A stretch of 64,000 nt of DNA from Basidiobolus meristosporus CBS 931.73. Lineage: Eukaryota; Fungi; Basidiobolomycota. The DNA is taken from contig MCFE01000043.1 of assembly GCA_002104905.1 (NCBI GenBank), positions 1-64,000 on the forward strand, written 5' to 3'. Within the stretch, counting starts at the first letter, position 1, and every line of letters starts with the position of its first letter. Below the pieces are notes generated by a model. That model had not been told where the DNA came from, made no database searches, and saw only the letters and a program-made list of their open reading frames with translations. Made by a program: the position numbers and the translations under genes. Positions 11,465-22,953 of this stretch are shown here, piece by piece.

Positions 11465-14400
11465 ATGACAGAGGAAAAGGAGAACAAATCCTCTCTCTTT
11501 AAACCACACGCTGACACTGCCCTTGAGCAGTCGCTGTCGGACAACGATGCTAAGGAGGCAGAGAAGCGAATCGGTTTTATGCAATTATTTCGCTACTCCA
11601 CTGGTTTCGACCGGCTTCTCATATTGGTAGCTTCTCTATGCAGCATGGGTTCCGGAGCTACACTACCTTTAATGACAGTTGTTTTCTCCAAACTACTCGG
11701 GGATATCCTAACTTATCAGCCTACAGATGACCCAGTGCTCGTCGCTGAATTCAACTCCAAAGTCAACAAAAACGTCGTTTGGTTCATTGTCCTTGGTGTG
11801 GCGACGTTCGCCCTCTCCTACGGCCAAACCGCTTTGTGGATGATAACGGGAGAACGACAATGCTTGCGCATTCGCCAACTTTACTACGCCGCCATACTTC
11901 GTCAAGAAATTAGCTGGTTTGATTTCATATCCAGCGGAGATCTTACCAGTCGTATCTCTGGGGACGTGACAATAATTCAGGAGGGGATTTCCCAGAAAGT
12001 TGGACTGTTTCTTCAGAATTTCACCACTTTCGTCGGTGGCTTTATCTTGGCGTTTGTGAGAGGGTGGAAGATGGCGCTCGTACTACTTTCTGCTCTCCCT
12101 TTGCTAGCAGGCGTTGGTGCATTGATGACACGCTTCGTGACTCAAAATACGTCTGGTGGGCAAGGCGCATATGCAAGCGCAGGTGGCGTGGCTGATGAAG
12201 TTCTCTCCTCGATCAAAACGGTCTACGCCTTTGGAAGTCAAAAGCGTGAGATACTCCGGTATAACGCTAAGCTAGATCTAGCAGAAAAGGCTGGAGTTAA
12301 GCGCGGTATATTCGAGGGTCTAGGTGTAGGTCTGATGATGATGGTTGTCTTCTTTACATATGCTCTCGGCTTTTGGTATGGCTCGCGCTTGATTGCAGAT
12401 GGCGTTATGAGTTCTGAGGAGGTGTTGAATGTCTTCTTCTCCCTTATTCTTGGCGCAATGTCTCTCGGTACAGCGTCGCCCTATCTTAGCTCTATCAGCT
12501 CTGCCCAAGGTGCCGCTGCCAAAGTTTATGAAATTATCGAGCGCAAATCCAAAATTGACCCCTCCTCAGATGAAGGCATACGCATAGACAGCTCGAATCC
12601 AGAGAAGTCGCTTCAAGGCTACATTGAATTTCGTGATGTCAACTTCACGTACCCCAGTCGACCGGATGTACCTATTCTCAAGAGCTTCAACCTACAAGTC
12701 AAGCCAGGCCAGACTGTTGCTCTGGTGGGTTCCAGCGGCAGTGGAAAGAGTACATGTGTCCAACTGCTGGAGCGCTTCTACGACCCTAACGAAGGGACTG
12801 TAAGCATCGACGGGATCGACATCAAGGAATTCAATGTCAAGGATCTGCGCAGAAACATCGGCCTCGTGGGCCAGGAGCCGGTCCTATTCGGCACAACCAT
12901 CTACGAGAACATTGTGTGGGGAAGCAAGAATGATGGCGAGATCCCCACGCGGGAAGAGGTGGAGCAAGCCAGCAGACTGGCCAATGCCCACGACTTCATC
13001 TCGGCTCTACCCGACAAATACGACACCCTTGTTGGCGAGAAGGGAGCGCTTCTCTCCGGAGGCCAAAAGCAAAGAATCGCCATTGCACGCGCCCTGATCA
13101 AGAACCCCAGGATCCTATTGCTGGACGAGGCCACCAGTGCGTTGGACACCGAGTCGGAGGGGATAGTCCAGGATGCACTGGACAAGGCAGCCCAGGACAG
13201 AACCACCATTGTGATTGCGCATCGTCTATCCACTATCAAAAATGCCGACCTGATTGTTGTCATGCAACATGGCGTAATGGTGGAATCGGGTACTCACAAC
13301 GAGTTGATTGCACAAGAAGGGGTCTATGCTGGTCTTGTGAGAGCACAGGAGCTCAGAAGGTTGGAGGACCAAATGGAACAAAAGGTGGACTCCGATGCCA
13401 TCATTGGTGAAGAGCAGGAGAACGTAGATAGTGACGCCACCGTTCTTGGAGGGAACCAGATCGACCCGGTCACCAAGCTTGCCAGCCGTTTCTCGCAATT
13501 CACTAGTGCCTCCGAGGAGAACAAGGAGCCCGATTCGAAGGAAGAATACTTTTCGTTCGGCCGGGTATTTAAGCTCAATCAACCGGAATGGTATTTGCTG
13601 GTGATTGGAACCATCGGGTCCGCCATCGATGGAGTGATCATGCCAATTTTCTCGGTGATCTTCACATATATCCTAGAGGCGTTTCAAAAAACAGATAAAG
13701 AGGAATTGAAAAAGGATGCGAACTTCTGGGCATTGATGTTCGTGGTCCTTGGTATAGTCTCATTGTTCTCCGGGTTTTCCAAAATCGCAATCTTTGGCAT
13801 CGCTGGGGAGCGTTTAACTCGCCGGCTAAGAAGTCTTAGCTTCGTTGCATATCTCCGCCAGGAAGCAGGATATTTTGATGAGAAGGAAAACGGTACTGGC
13901 GTTCTTACTTCAAAACTATCCACCGAAGCTCAGATGGTCCAGGAGCTGACGGGTAAACTGGCCGGTGTCATCTTACAAGCGCTTGTCGGTCTTCTCACCG
14001 GAGTCATCATTGCATTTGTAAACGGATGGAAGCTGACTCTGGTGGTCTTGGCTTGTGTGCCTGTCCTCATCATCGCCTCGGTTCTGCAAATGAAATCTCT
14101 TATGGGATTCAGTGGAAAAACCAAGAAAGCTTACGAACAAGCTGCGCAGATCGCGTCGGAGAGTGTCCAGAATATGCGAACTGTGGCCTCGCTCGCGCGC
14201 GAAGATACCTTCCAACAGTTGTTTGAAGAACGAAATGCTCCAGCCCATAAGACCGCCGTTCGAGGGGCTGTGGTCTCATCCTTGGGAACTGGTTTCTCCA
14301 ATGGCTCTGTTTACTTGGTTTATGCTCTGACCTTCTGGTACGGGGCGCAGCTTATCAAATCTGGTGAGTATACCGCTGCCAAGATGAACCAGGTCATGTT

Positions 14401-15397
14401 TGCAGTCATCTTCTCTGCGGTTGCCGTTGGCCAAGTCTCCTCGTTTACTGGAAATATTTCCAAGGCCCGCATTGCCGCTAGTGATATTTTGAAATTACTT
14501 AGCCGGGTGCCCAAGATTGATTCCTCACTAGACACCGGGGTAACACCACCAGTCGCCTTCTCCGGCAAGGTTGATGTGGAGCACGCTTATTTCTCATATC
14601 CCACTCGTCCAAAGGTCCCTATCCTTCAAGGCTTCGATCTGTCGGTTCTCGCTGGTAAGAATGTTGCCTTGGTCGGCTCATCCGGTTCAGGTAAATCTAC
14701 GGTTGTGGCCCTGGTGCAACGTTTCTACGATGTTGCCCAGGTACGCCGTAGGGGTAACCAAGACGTGGCACATCGGAGTGCGTACAAGTACAACTCTGTC
14801 AACGTTGAGGATATTGATGTTCGTGATTGGAACCTCAATGAACTCCGCTCCCACATGGCTACTGTTGGCCAAGAGCCGGTCCTGTTCGGGTGTAGCATTG
14901 CCGAGAACATCGCATACGGAATCATCAACAACCTCCAGACGAGAGACGATGGGTCATTAGAGATATCGAGTGAGCTGCAAAGTCGCATAGAGGAGGCAGC
15001 CAGAGCAGCCAACATCCACGACTTTATCGCCAGCCTTCCAGACGGATACAACACCAACGTTGGCCAGAAGGGAACCCAGCTCTCTGGCGGACAGAAGCAG
15101 CGTGTGGCCATTGCTCGGGCGATCATCCGCAACCCCACCTTGCTTCTCTTGGACGAAGCCACCTCAGCCTTGGACTCGGAGAGTGAGAAGGTGGTTCAGG
15201 CGGCCCTGGATAGTGCATCGGAAGGCCGCACCACCATCACCATTGCGCACAGACTGTCGACCATTCAGAACGCCGATGTCATTGTGGTGGTCCAGAAGGG
15301 AACGGTGATCGAGCTGGGTACCCATTCGGAGCTTCTGGCCAAGCGCGGATTCTATCACATGCTTGTGAACAAACAAAGGCTGGAGGAGGTCAACTGA
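11465..15397 (+). CDS. Full-length ABCB (MDR/P-glycoprotein) transporter, copy 1 (about 1310 aa)
   Basis: TMD-NBD-TMD-NBD architecture with Walker A GSSGSGKS x2, signature LSGGQKQR x2 and Walker B LLLDEATSALD x2. TATAAA at 11404 favours ATG 11465 over the ORF-track start. Confidence 0.95.
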   Translation: MTEEKENKSSLFKPHADTALEQSLSDNDAKEAEKRIGFMQLFRYSTGFDRLLILVASLCSMGSGATLPLMTVVFSKLLGDILTYQPTDDPVLVAEFNSKVNKNVVWFIVLGVATFALSYGQTALWMITGERQCLRIRQLYYAAILRQEISWFDFISSGDLTSRISGDVTIIQEGISQKVGLFLQNFTTFVGGFILAFVRGWKMALVLLSALPLLAGVGALMTRFVTQNTSGGQGAYASAGGVADEVLSSIKTVYAFGSQKREILRYNAKLDLAEKAGVKRGIFEGLGVGLMMMVVFFTYALGFWYGSRLIADGVMSSEEVLNVFFSLILGAMSLGTASPYLSSISSAQGAAAKVYEIIERKSKIDPSSDEGIRIDSSNPEKSLQGYIEFRDVNFTYPSRPDVPILKSFNLQVKPGQTVALVGSSGSGKSTCVQLLERFYDPNEGTVSIDGIDIKEFNVKDLRRNIGLVGQEPVLFGTTIYENIVWGSKNDGEIPTREEVEQASRLANAHDFISALPDKYDTLVGEKGALLSGGQKQRIAIARALIKNPRILLLDEATSALDTESEGIVQDALDKAAQDRTTIVIAHRLSTIKNADLIVVMQHGVMVESGTHNELIAQEGVYAGLVRAQELRRLEDQMEQKVDSDAIIGEEQENVDSDATVLGGNQIDPVTKLASRFSQFTSASEENKEPDSKEEYFSFGRVFKLNQPEWYLLVIGTIGSAIDGVIMPIFSVIFTYILEAFQKTDKEELKKDANFWALMFVVLGIVSLFSGFSKIAIFGIAGERLTRRLRSLSFVAYLRQEAGYFDEKENGTGVLTSKLSTEAQMVQELTGKLAGVILQALVGLLTGVIIAFVNGWKLTLVVLACVPVLIIASVLQMKSLMGFSGKTKKAYEQAAQIASESVQNMRTVASLAREDTFQQLFEERNAPAHKTAVRGAVVSSLGTGFSNGSVYLVYALTFWYGAQLIKSGEYTAAKMNQVMFAVIFSAVAVGQVSSFTGNISKARIAASDILKLLSRVPKIDSSLDTGVTPPVAFSGKVDVEHAYFSYPTRPKVPILQGFDLSVLAGKNVALVGSSGSGKSTVVALVQRFYDVAQVRRRGNQDVAHRSAYKYNSVNVEDIDVRDWNLNELRSHMATVGQEPVLFGCSIAENIAYGIINNLQTRDDGSLEISSELQSRIEEAARAANIHDFIASLPDGYNTNVGQKGTQLSGGQKQRVAIARAIIRNPTLLLLDEATSALDSESEKVVQAALDSASEGRTTITIAHRLSTIQNADVIVVVQKGTVIELGTHSELLAKRGFYHMLVNKQRLEEVN

Positions 15398-16599
15398 TTT
15401 TTGTAGGAGTCAATCCAGTTGTTGAAGTGTTGTCATGCCATTGCATAATATCCATTTATCTAATAAACATGATTAAGTGACCACGGAATTTTGGTTTGTG
15501 GGAGCCCCTTGGCGTGCGCATGTGGGGATTCCTGATCTTGGGTCAAGATCAACCTTAATATGGGCTTATTTCCTTCGACATCCGCAGCACTTAACCACGC
15601 GTTCCTGAACTTGGGATTTGTTGATGGAAGCGTGGTAGATTCACCCATTCATTGTTGTTCATCCCCCAAGGCCTATCTGAACGGAATGGAGTTATGAGGC
15701 AATTTTGGATAGCGAGTAATATGTTCATATGAAGCATATATGTACTGCATGCTAAATGAAGTATATATCTACTGCATGCTAAACTTTGTACCGTTATTAG
15801 CCAGATTGCCCTTCTCCACGCTTCATGGGCCCGACCAATCATTTCTTCCAACAGGGCCGGGCCAATCATTTCTTCCAACATGATCCCCGCCAGTCCTACT
15901 TAGGGAGCCAATGTTGGATTCGATTTGGCCATGTCGTATATCCTGTTCTGTGAGGAATTGATTGATTAATTAAATCCCCGTCTAATTAATCTTGTTTGTC
16001 TTAGTGATCTTTGTATCTGTTCATCAATAAAGTGCAAGCTTCTAAATATCCTTCATACTCTAGAAGCTCCTTTCTCCTACACATCCTATCTGATGTGCAA
16101 TTGTCGTGAATCCAACATAAATTTGTGATCCCTTTGTAGGCTCCTGTTCGGGCTGGTATATAGAGTATAACACGAGGAATTGGGGACTTATGTAAAACCA
16201 GTCTAAAAATACTTATTGTAAGTATCTAAATATACATTGGCTAAGAATGCCGTTAGGATTTAATGCAAATATGATAGATACTTGCGGGAAACTAGGTTTT
16301 GGTATTCCAAGGGCACTGATAGCACTTGCTTGAACACCGTCACAATGATGCTTAAGAGTTGGGTAATATGGAAGTACTACTGCTGAATTAGTGCTCGAAA
16401 TAGATTTCCCAACTTACTTTTAACATTGGTTGTGTTTAGGGGGAAATTTTATTTATTGTCGTTAAGGATGCCAAAGCTTCTGCTTAATCAGGATTCTCCA
16501 AGATTTGTAGGTAATGGTCTGAATGACTAAGTTTGGTGAATATTTAGGTGTAATTACAAAATTTACAATACAAAAATTTTTCTCTCTGTAAAGTCACAA

Positions 16600-17900
16600 G
16601 AAGTATCAAACGTATATATGAGCTATAAGAGTAGCACAAAACTTGCTGAGGCCTTCATTAGGTTGAGCCACATCACTCATGCCTATGGGGGAACTTGGTA
16701 AACAAGATATCAATCTGTCTTCTGAGAGGTCCGATCAAGTGATCATGACAAGCTCTAGAACCCACTATATCAAGGAGTGCCCAAGGATCACACAAGCAAA
16801 GTGCAATGTAAATAACGCTTATGTTGGGAGTAGGATAATTGTATTTTGAAGATCTACATTCTTAAAGAGCATCCAACTAAGCATGTAAGCTGGTTGTCAT
16901 GCTTCCCTTGGGCATAGAATATTACTCACTTATAGTTACGCCTAATGTGGAGCAACTTCACTCAGCTGAGCTGAGATATACTAGCAGTCTCCAGCTTCCA
17001 ATGTGGCTTGGTCTCAAAGTTAGTACCATGCCTAAAGCTTGCCATTGACTCTTTGATAAGCCATGCAGATTCTTTCCTACAATACTTGATAATATAGTGC
17101 TATTACAGAGTGCAAACAGAATGTAAGCCATAGTTTGTATATTACCTGCAACTCTCTGGAAGCAGGTTGCTTTTCTTCAATCCCAATATAGCTCTGTACA
17201 CAACTTATAAACAAAAATAATATGCCATAAGGAACCACCTATTATTTACCCAGGGCAGTTTAATAATCGACAATGCAAAGTAATTCAAGTACATTTACTA
17301 TGTAAGAGTAAACGAAACTCTTGATTTATGTTACTGAAGAACACTATGCTTTAATAATATTTTGTTCCCCTTGTAGTTGGAAGCTAGCTGCAAATTCTGC
17401 TATTTCTAGACAAACCCAGTAGCAAGATTATACAATGTACTATATACAACATGGCAGGCACCCAGCACACGAGGACTCTCAGATGCCCAAGTGACCCAAA
17501 GCTTTATGCATTACCTATTGTTTCATTTGTTTGTATGCTCAACATTATTCCAAACCCAGGCTTTAGAAAAGCACAAATACCACTGCCATACTCAATAAGT
17601 TGTTCAGTAGGTAATACAGATCTGAACAGTACTCCCAGCCACTTCTGGCATCTCAGAATTTCCAATGATACCAGGCATCTGATATGCATAGAATTGCAAA
17701 GTTGTTCAAATTACTCTTAGCTTCTCAAATATGCCTCACATTGTGCTATTGGTATAGCTAATAGACTGCAACCTCAACTACTACTAATGCCAAGCCTCCT
17801 CTGCTATTGTGGGTGATTTTGGGCTCTGTTAACATATACTACCTCATACTTTTGTTGCTGCTACTTCCATATGTTGAGATCTCATACCTAGCCAATATCT
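16600..17900. mobile_element. Degenerate, CpG-depleted transposon-like relic (class unresolved)
   Basis: AT-rich and almost devoid of CpG with many TpG/CpA, like the LTR relics. Only short broken frames; no diagnostic motif seen. Confidence 0.3.
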
Positions 17901-18733
17901 CGGACAGCAATGTAGGCCTAAATTTAGATGCACCAGCCAGTGGAAATACATATACACAAAAAACCCCACAACGCTGAAGAATAGTGGTCACGAGTGGGGT
18001 CATGGGAAAAGAAATCACCGGTCAACAGAAGGATGGGCCCGGTTGTACATATTCGATCACACAAGCATCAACTGATAATGTTGACATGGTGCATGGTTAT
18101 ATGAAGTATAGCTTGCATGAACACCACAGTGGTCTAACAGTAGCAATCAACCATCCGGTTGCTTGGAGTTCAACTGCATCACAATATGAGCAGCGGGCAA
18201 GATGCATTAGACCACGGATCAACATCTGAGTACTCGCTCCCATAGTCCAGTGCAGTGGTTCCTTGGAGTAAGCAGATACCCCGCGAAGGAAGGTGACTAT
18301 AGTGAAGAAATAGTTGGTGATCAGCATAATGGGATCAGGGAGTTGAAGGGGCACACCTCCGCAAGTCGGCAGAGAGTGGACAAGGTTTGACGATGCCTCC
18401 AACAGGCACTCTCTCTTACCGTCGGAACAATGAGTAGCCATGCTCAGCAAGCAGACCAGAACAATCCATGCAAGTCAAGATTGTCTTTAGCTATAATGCA
18501 TGCACCTCATTGGATATTGTCAGTTCAAGCAAATAATTGGCGTGTCTGTTGTGCGGATCGTTCTACTCACGGTTCACAAGATACTGGTGGGGTTTCGACG
18601 ATGATGATGAAACCATGGATCATTGATGATCTAGCTGCATCCCATGTTTCTGGCCATCAACACCCAGTGCATGAGTGCTAGCAGCGGATATAAAAGAAGG
18701 GTTTCAGCAACCGCCGTCCATTTCCCCTACACG

Positions 18734-21700
18734 ATGTCAGAGCCGAACAAACCACAAACGACCTCTGTCCCGAAGCCGGACATCAAATATACCAGCGTAG
18801 AGATCGCGAAGACGACTGAGGAGGCCGGGGGAAAGGGCAACCATGTCAGCCTGTTCCAACTATTTCGGTACTCGACCATCACCGACCGACTGCTCATCCT
18901 ACTCGCGGTGTTATGCAGCGTCGTCCACGGGGCCATCCTTCCCGTGTTGACGCTGGTTTTCTCGGACCTCACCCAAGTCATGATGTTCTTCCAGCCATCC
19001 CAGATGGACAGATACACGTCGCTCGTCCGCCAGAGCGTGCTCGCCCTGCTCTTCCTGGCCTTGGCAAAGTTCGGCATCTCCTATTTCCAAACCGCGCTGT
19101 GGACGATCACCGGCGAGCGGCAATGCGCAAGGATTCGAGCGCGGTATTACGCGGCCATTCTACGCCAAGAAATCAGCTGGTATGATTTCATGTCCAACAG
19201 GGACCTTACCAGTCGGATCTCGGGCGACGTCCACATCATCCAGGAGGGGATTTCGCTGAAGGCCGGCCTCCTTCTCCAGACCCTCTCCACTTTTTTCGGC
19301 GGCCTGATCCTGGCTTTTGTGCGAGGCTGGAAGATGTCCTTGGTTCTGATCTCCGCTCTCCCGCTGCTGGTGCTCGTGAGCACGATGAAGGCGCACTTCG
19401 TGGCCCAGCGTACCGCCAGTGGACAGGATGCCTATGCGAGGGCCGGGGGTGTGGCTGAGGAGGTCCTCTCTTCCATCAAGACCGTCCACGCGCTTGGGAG
19501 TCAAAAGCGGGAGATCCTTCGCTACAACTTGAAGCTTGGCTTGGTGGAGAAGGCAGGGATCAGGCGCGGGATTTTCGACGGCCTTGGGGTAGGCCTGATG
19601 ATGATGGTGCTCCTGTTGACATACGCCCTCAGCTTCTGGTATGGCTCCCGCCTGGTCTTGGCCGGAACCATGCAGCCAGGCCAGGTGATGAGCGTCTTCC
19701 TCGCCATCATCCTCGGTGTCCTGCCTATCGGTACAGCATCGCCACATATCAGTGCCATCAGCTCTGCCCAAGGCGCCGCTGCCAAGGTATATGAGATTAT
19801 CGAGCGCGAGTCCAAGATTGACCCTACTTCCAAAGAAGGAAGACGCATAGGCGGCTCAGGCTCGGAGAAGTCGCTGCAAGGATACATCGAATTCCGTAAT
19901 GTCGACTTCGCCTACCCTAGTCGACCGGGTGTTCCTATTCTAAACAACTTCAATCTGTATATCAGACCAGGCCAGACTGTTGCTCTGGTGGGTTCCAGCG
20001 GCAGTGGAAAGAGTACCTGCATCCAATTGCTGGAGCGCTTCTACGACCCTGCCGAGGGGACTATCCGCATCGACGGGATCGACATCAAGGAATTCAATGT
20101 CAAGGATCTGCGCAGAAACATCGGCCTCGTGGGCCAGGAGCCGGTCCTATTCGGCACAACCATCTACGAGAACATTGTGTGGGGAAGCAAGAATGATGAG
20201 ATCCCCACGCGGGAAGAGGTGGAGCAAGCCAGCAGACTGGCCAATGCCCATGACTTCATCTCGGCCCTTCCCAACAAATACGACACCCTTGTTGGCGAGA
20301 AGGGAGCACTCCTCTCTGGAGGCCAAAAGCAAAGGATCGCCATTGCGCGCGCCCTAATCAAGAACCCCAGGATCCTATTGCTGGACGAGGCCACCAGTGC
20401 GTTGGACACCGAGTCGGAGGGGATAGTCCAGGATGCGCTGGACAAGGCGGCCGAGGACAGAACCACCATTGTGGTTGCGCATCGTCTATCGACCGTCAAA
20501 AATGCCGACCTGATTGTTGTTATGCAACAGGGCGTAGCGGTGGAATCCGGCACACATGGCGAGCTGATTGCGAAAGGAGGAGTCTACGCTGGCCTCGTGA
20601 GGGCACAGGAACTCAGAAAGCTAGAGGACCAAATACCACAGGAGAGAAACACGGGGGTTGGGGATGACGCTATTCCTAGGGAGAAGGTGGGGCATGTGGA
20701 TACCAAAAATGCGAATCAGCCAGTGCAGGAAGCAGCAGCATCGGAGGCTCAAGGCCGGCTATCGTTTGGATATTTCCTCAAGCTCAACCGACCCGAGTGG
20801 TACCTACTGCTGTTGGGAACTGTGGGGTCTGCGATAGATGGCATGGTGTCGCCTCTTTTCTCGGTGATTTTCTCGTACCTGGTGAAAGCGCTCTCGGAAA
20901 ACGGGCCCCAGCTGAAAAACGACTCCAACTTCTGGTCGCTGCTGCTGGTAATCCTCGCGGTGATCTCGCTATTCTCAGGCTTCGCCAAGATCGCAGCCTT
21001 CGCCATAGCTGGGGAACGACTGACTCGACGTTTGCGAAGTCTGAGCTTTGCTGCGTATCTTCGGCAGGAGGTGGCGTTCTTCGATGACCGGAGAAACTGC
21101 ACTGGAATCCTCAACACGAAACTATCCACCGAGGCACGGACGGTACAAGAATTGACTGGCAGACTTGCGGGGACTATCATGCAAGCGATCTTTGGCCTTG
21201 TCACCGGAATGGTCATTGCCTTTACGACCGGCTGGAAACTGACTCTTGTTGTCCTAGCGTGTGTCCCCGTGCTGATCCTGGTCGCCGTGCTCCAGGCCAA
21301 ATGCCTGGCAGGGTTCAACAAGAAAACCAAGAACGCCTACGAGGAAGGGGCACAGATCGCATCCGAAGGTGTACGGAACATGCGAACCTTGGCCTCGCTC
21401 GCGCGGGAGGAGACGTTTTACCGGATTTTCGAGGGGCGGAATTCTCTGGCCCACAAGATCGCCGTAAGGGGAGCCTTGGTCTCATCCCTGGCTACCGCCT
21501 TCTCCAATGGCACCTTATTTTTGGTGTATGCACTGGCTTTCTGGTATGGTTCCCAGCTTGTCAAGGCTTCGGAGTATGATGTTCAGATGTTGATGCAGGT
21601 CGTATTTGCCGTCGTTCTCTCGGCAACGTCTGTGGGGGAAGCATCATCATACATTGGTAATGTTTCTCAGGCGTACGTCGCTGCCAACGATATCTTGAAG

Positions 21701-22594
21701 CTACTCAACCGAACCCCCAAGATCGATTCTTCTTCCAGCGCCGGAGCAACTTGCCCGTCAGGCTATTCCGGAAAAGTGGATATCGAGCACGCTTATTTTG
21801 AATACCCCACTCGTGCAGATGTTCCCATTCTGCAAGGCTTCGATTTGTCTGTCTTGGCTGGCAAAAACGTCGCCTTGGTGGGTTCCTCCGGTTCTGGTAA
21901 ATCAACGGTGGTTGCCTTGGTGCAACGCTTCTACGACGTAACTACGACGAGGAATCTGAACCAGATTCATGGGTGCACACATAAGTCCAACTCTGTCAAC
22001 GTTGAAGATATTGATGTTCGTGATTGGAACCTCAATGAACTCCGCTCCCACATGGCTACTGTTGGCCAAGAGCCGGTCCTGTTCGGGTGTAGCATTGCCG
22101 AGAACATCGCATACGGAATCATCAACAACCTCCAGACGAGAGACGATGGGTCATTAGAGATATCGAGTGAGCTGCAAAGTCGCATAGAGGAGGCAGCCAG
22201 AGCAGCCAACATCCACGACTTTATCGCCAGCCTTCCAGACGGATACAACACCAACGTTGGCCAGAAGGGAGCCCAGCTCTCTGGCGGACAGAAGCAGCGT
22301 GTGGCCATTGCTCGGGCGATCATCCGCAACCCCACCTTGCTTCTCTTGGACGAAGCCACCTCAGCCTTGGACTCGGAGAGTGAGAAGGTGGTTCAGGCGG
22401 CCCTGGATAGTGCATCGGAAGGCCGCACCACCATCACCATTGCGCACAGACTGTCGACCATTCAGAACGCCGATGTCATTGTGGTGGTCCAGAAGGGAAC
22501 GGTGATCGAGCTGGGTACCCATTCGGAGCTTCTGGCCAAGCGCGGATTCTATCACATGCTTGTGAACAAACAAAGGCTGGAGGAGGTTAACTGA
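18734..22594 (+). CDS. Full-length ABCB (MDR/P-glycoprotein) transporter, copy 2 (about 1286 aa)
   Basis: Same motifs as copy 1. TATAAAA at about 18689 supports ATG 18734. Confidence 0.95.
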   Translation: MSEPNKPQTTSVPKPDIKYTSVEIAKTTEEAGGKGNHVSLFQLFRYSTITDRLLILLAVLCSVVHGAILPVLTLVFSDLTQVMMFFQPSQMDRYTSLVRQSVLALLFLALAKFGISYFQTALWTITGERQCARIRARYYAAILRQEISWYDFMSNRDLTSRISGDVHIIQEGISLKAGLLLQTLSTFFGGLILAFVRGWKMSLVLISALPLLVLVSTMKAHFVAQRTASGQDAYARAGGVAEEVLSSIKTVHALGSQKREILRYNLKLGLVEKAGIRRGIFDGLGVGLMMMVLLLTYALSFWYGSRLVLAGTMQPGQVMSVFLAIILGVLPIGTASPHISAISSAQGAAAKVYEIIERESKIDPTSKEGRRIGGSGSEKSLQGYIEFRNVDFAYPSRPGVPILNNFNLYIRPGQTVALVGSSGSGKSTCIQLLERFYDPAEGTIRIDGIDIKEFNVKDLRRNIGLVGQEPVLFGTTIYENIVWGSKNDEIPTREEVEQASRLANAHDFISALPNKYDTLVGEKGALLSGGQKQRIAIARALIKNPRILLLDEATSALDTESEGIVQDALDKAAEDRTTIVVAHRLSTVKNADLIVVMQQGVAVESGTHGELIAKGGVYAGLVRAQELRKLEDQIPQERNTGVGDDAIPREKVGHVDTKNANQPVQEAAASEAQGRLSFGYFLKLNRPEWYLLLLGTVGSAIDGMVSPLFSVIFSYLVKALSENGPQLKNDSNFWSLLLVILAVISLFSGFAKIAAFAIAGERLTRRLRSLSFAAYLRQEVAFFDDRRNCTGILNTKLSTEARTVQELTGRLAGTIMQAIFGLVTGMVIAFTTGWKLTLVVLACVPVLILVAVLQAKCLAGFNKKTKNAYEEGAQIASEGVRNMRTLASLAREETFYRIFEGRNSLAHKIAVRGALVSSLATAFSNGTLFLVYALAFWYGSQLVKASEYDVQMLMQVVFAVVLSATSVGEASSYIGNVSQAYVAANDILKLLNRTPKIDSSSSAGATCPSGYSGKVDIEHAYFEYPTRADVPILQGFDLSVLAGKNVALVGSSGSGKSTVVALVQRFYDVTTTRNLNQIHGCTHKSNSVNVEDIDVRDWNLNELRSHMATVGQEPVLFGCSIAENIAYGIINNLQTRDDGSLEISSELQSRIEEAARAANIHDFIASLPDGYNTNVGQKGAQLSGGQKQRVAIARAIIRNPTLLLLDEATSALDSESEKVVQAALDSASEGRTTITIAHRLSTIQNADVIVVVQKGTVIELGTHSELLAKRGFYHMLVNKQRLEEVN

Positions 22595-22953
22595 TTTTTA
22601 TCAAGTTCTCAAAAATGCTGTCATCTAATTACATAATATACATTCATTTAATAAACATGCAGTCAACCAGGTATTAACATGGTTCACCTGAAATCACTCA
22701 AGTGTGGATTCATGGATTACTAGCGAATATGTTGGCAAAGGTTGGAGATCAACCGCTGTTTACCAGATAATGAAGGCGGTTCAATTTATCTAATCGTGCA
22801 ACACTCATTTGTTAATAAACATGCACCTAAGTACATGCAGACATTTATTTATCTCAAAGAATTAATGGATTTTGGCATAAATTACATGATTTTGAGAAAC
22901 AGCCCTCCCTTACATATACATATCTAACGGAATACTGTTGGTGGCGTTCAGGG

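Noticed and set aside
15740-16083. Possible solo LTR with a 27-bp tandem duplication (15827-15880), AATAAA and a ..ACA end
   Set aside because: No second copy, TSD or defined 5' end in the window; needs a genome-wide BLAST.
12300-22600. Many antisense or alternate-frame ORFs over the ABC, FPPS, deacetylase, amidohydrolase and GDI genes
   Set aside because: Shadow ORFs produced by the GC3-rich codon bias of real genes; they duplicate along with their host genes.
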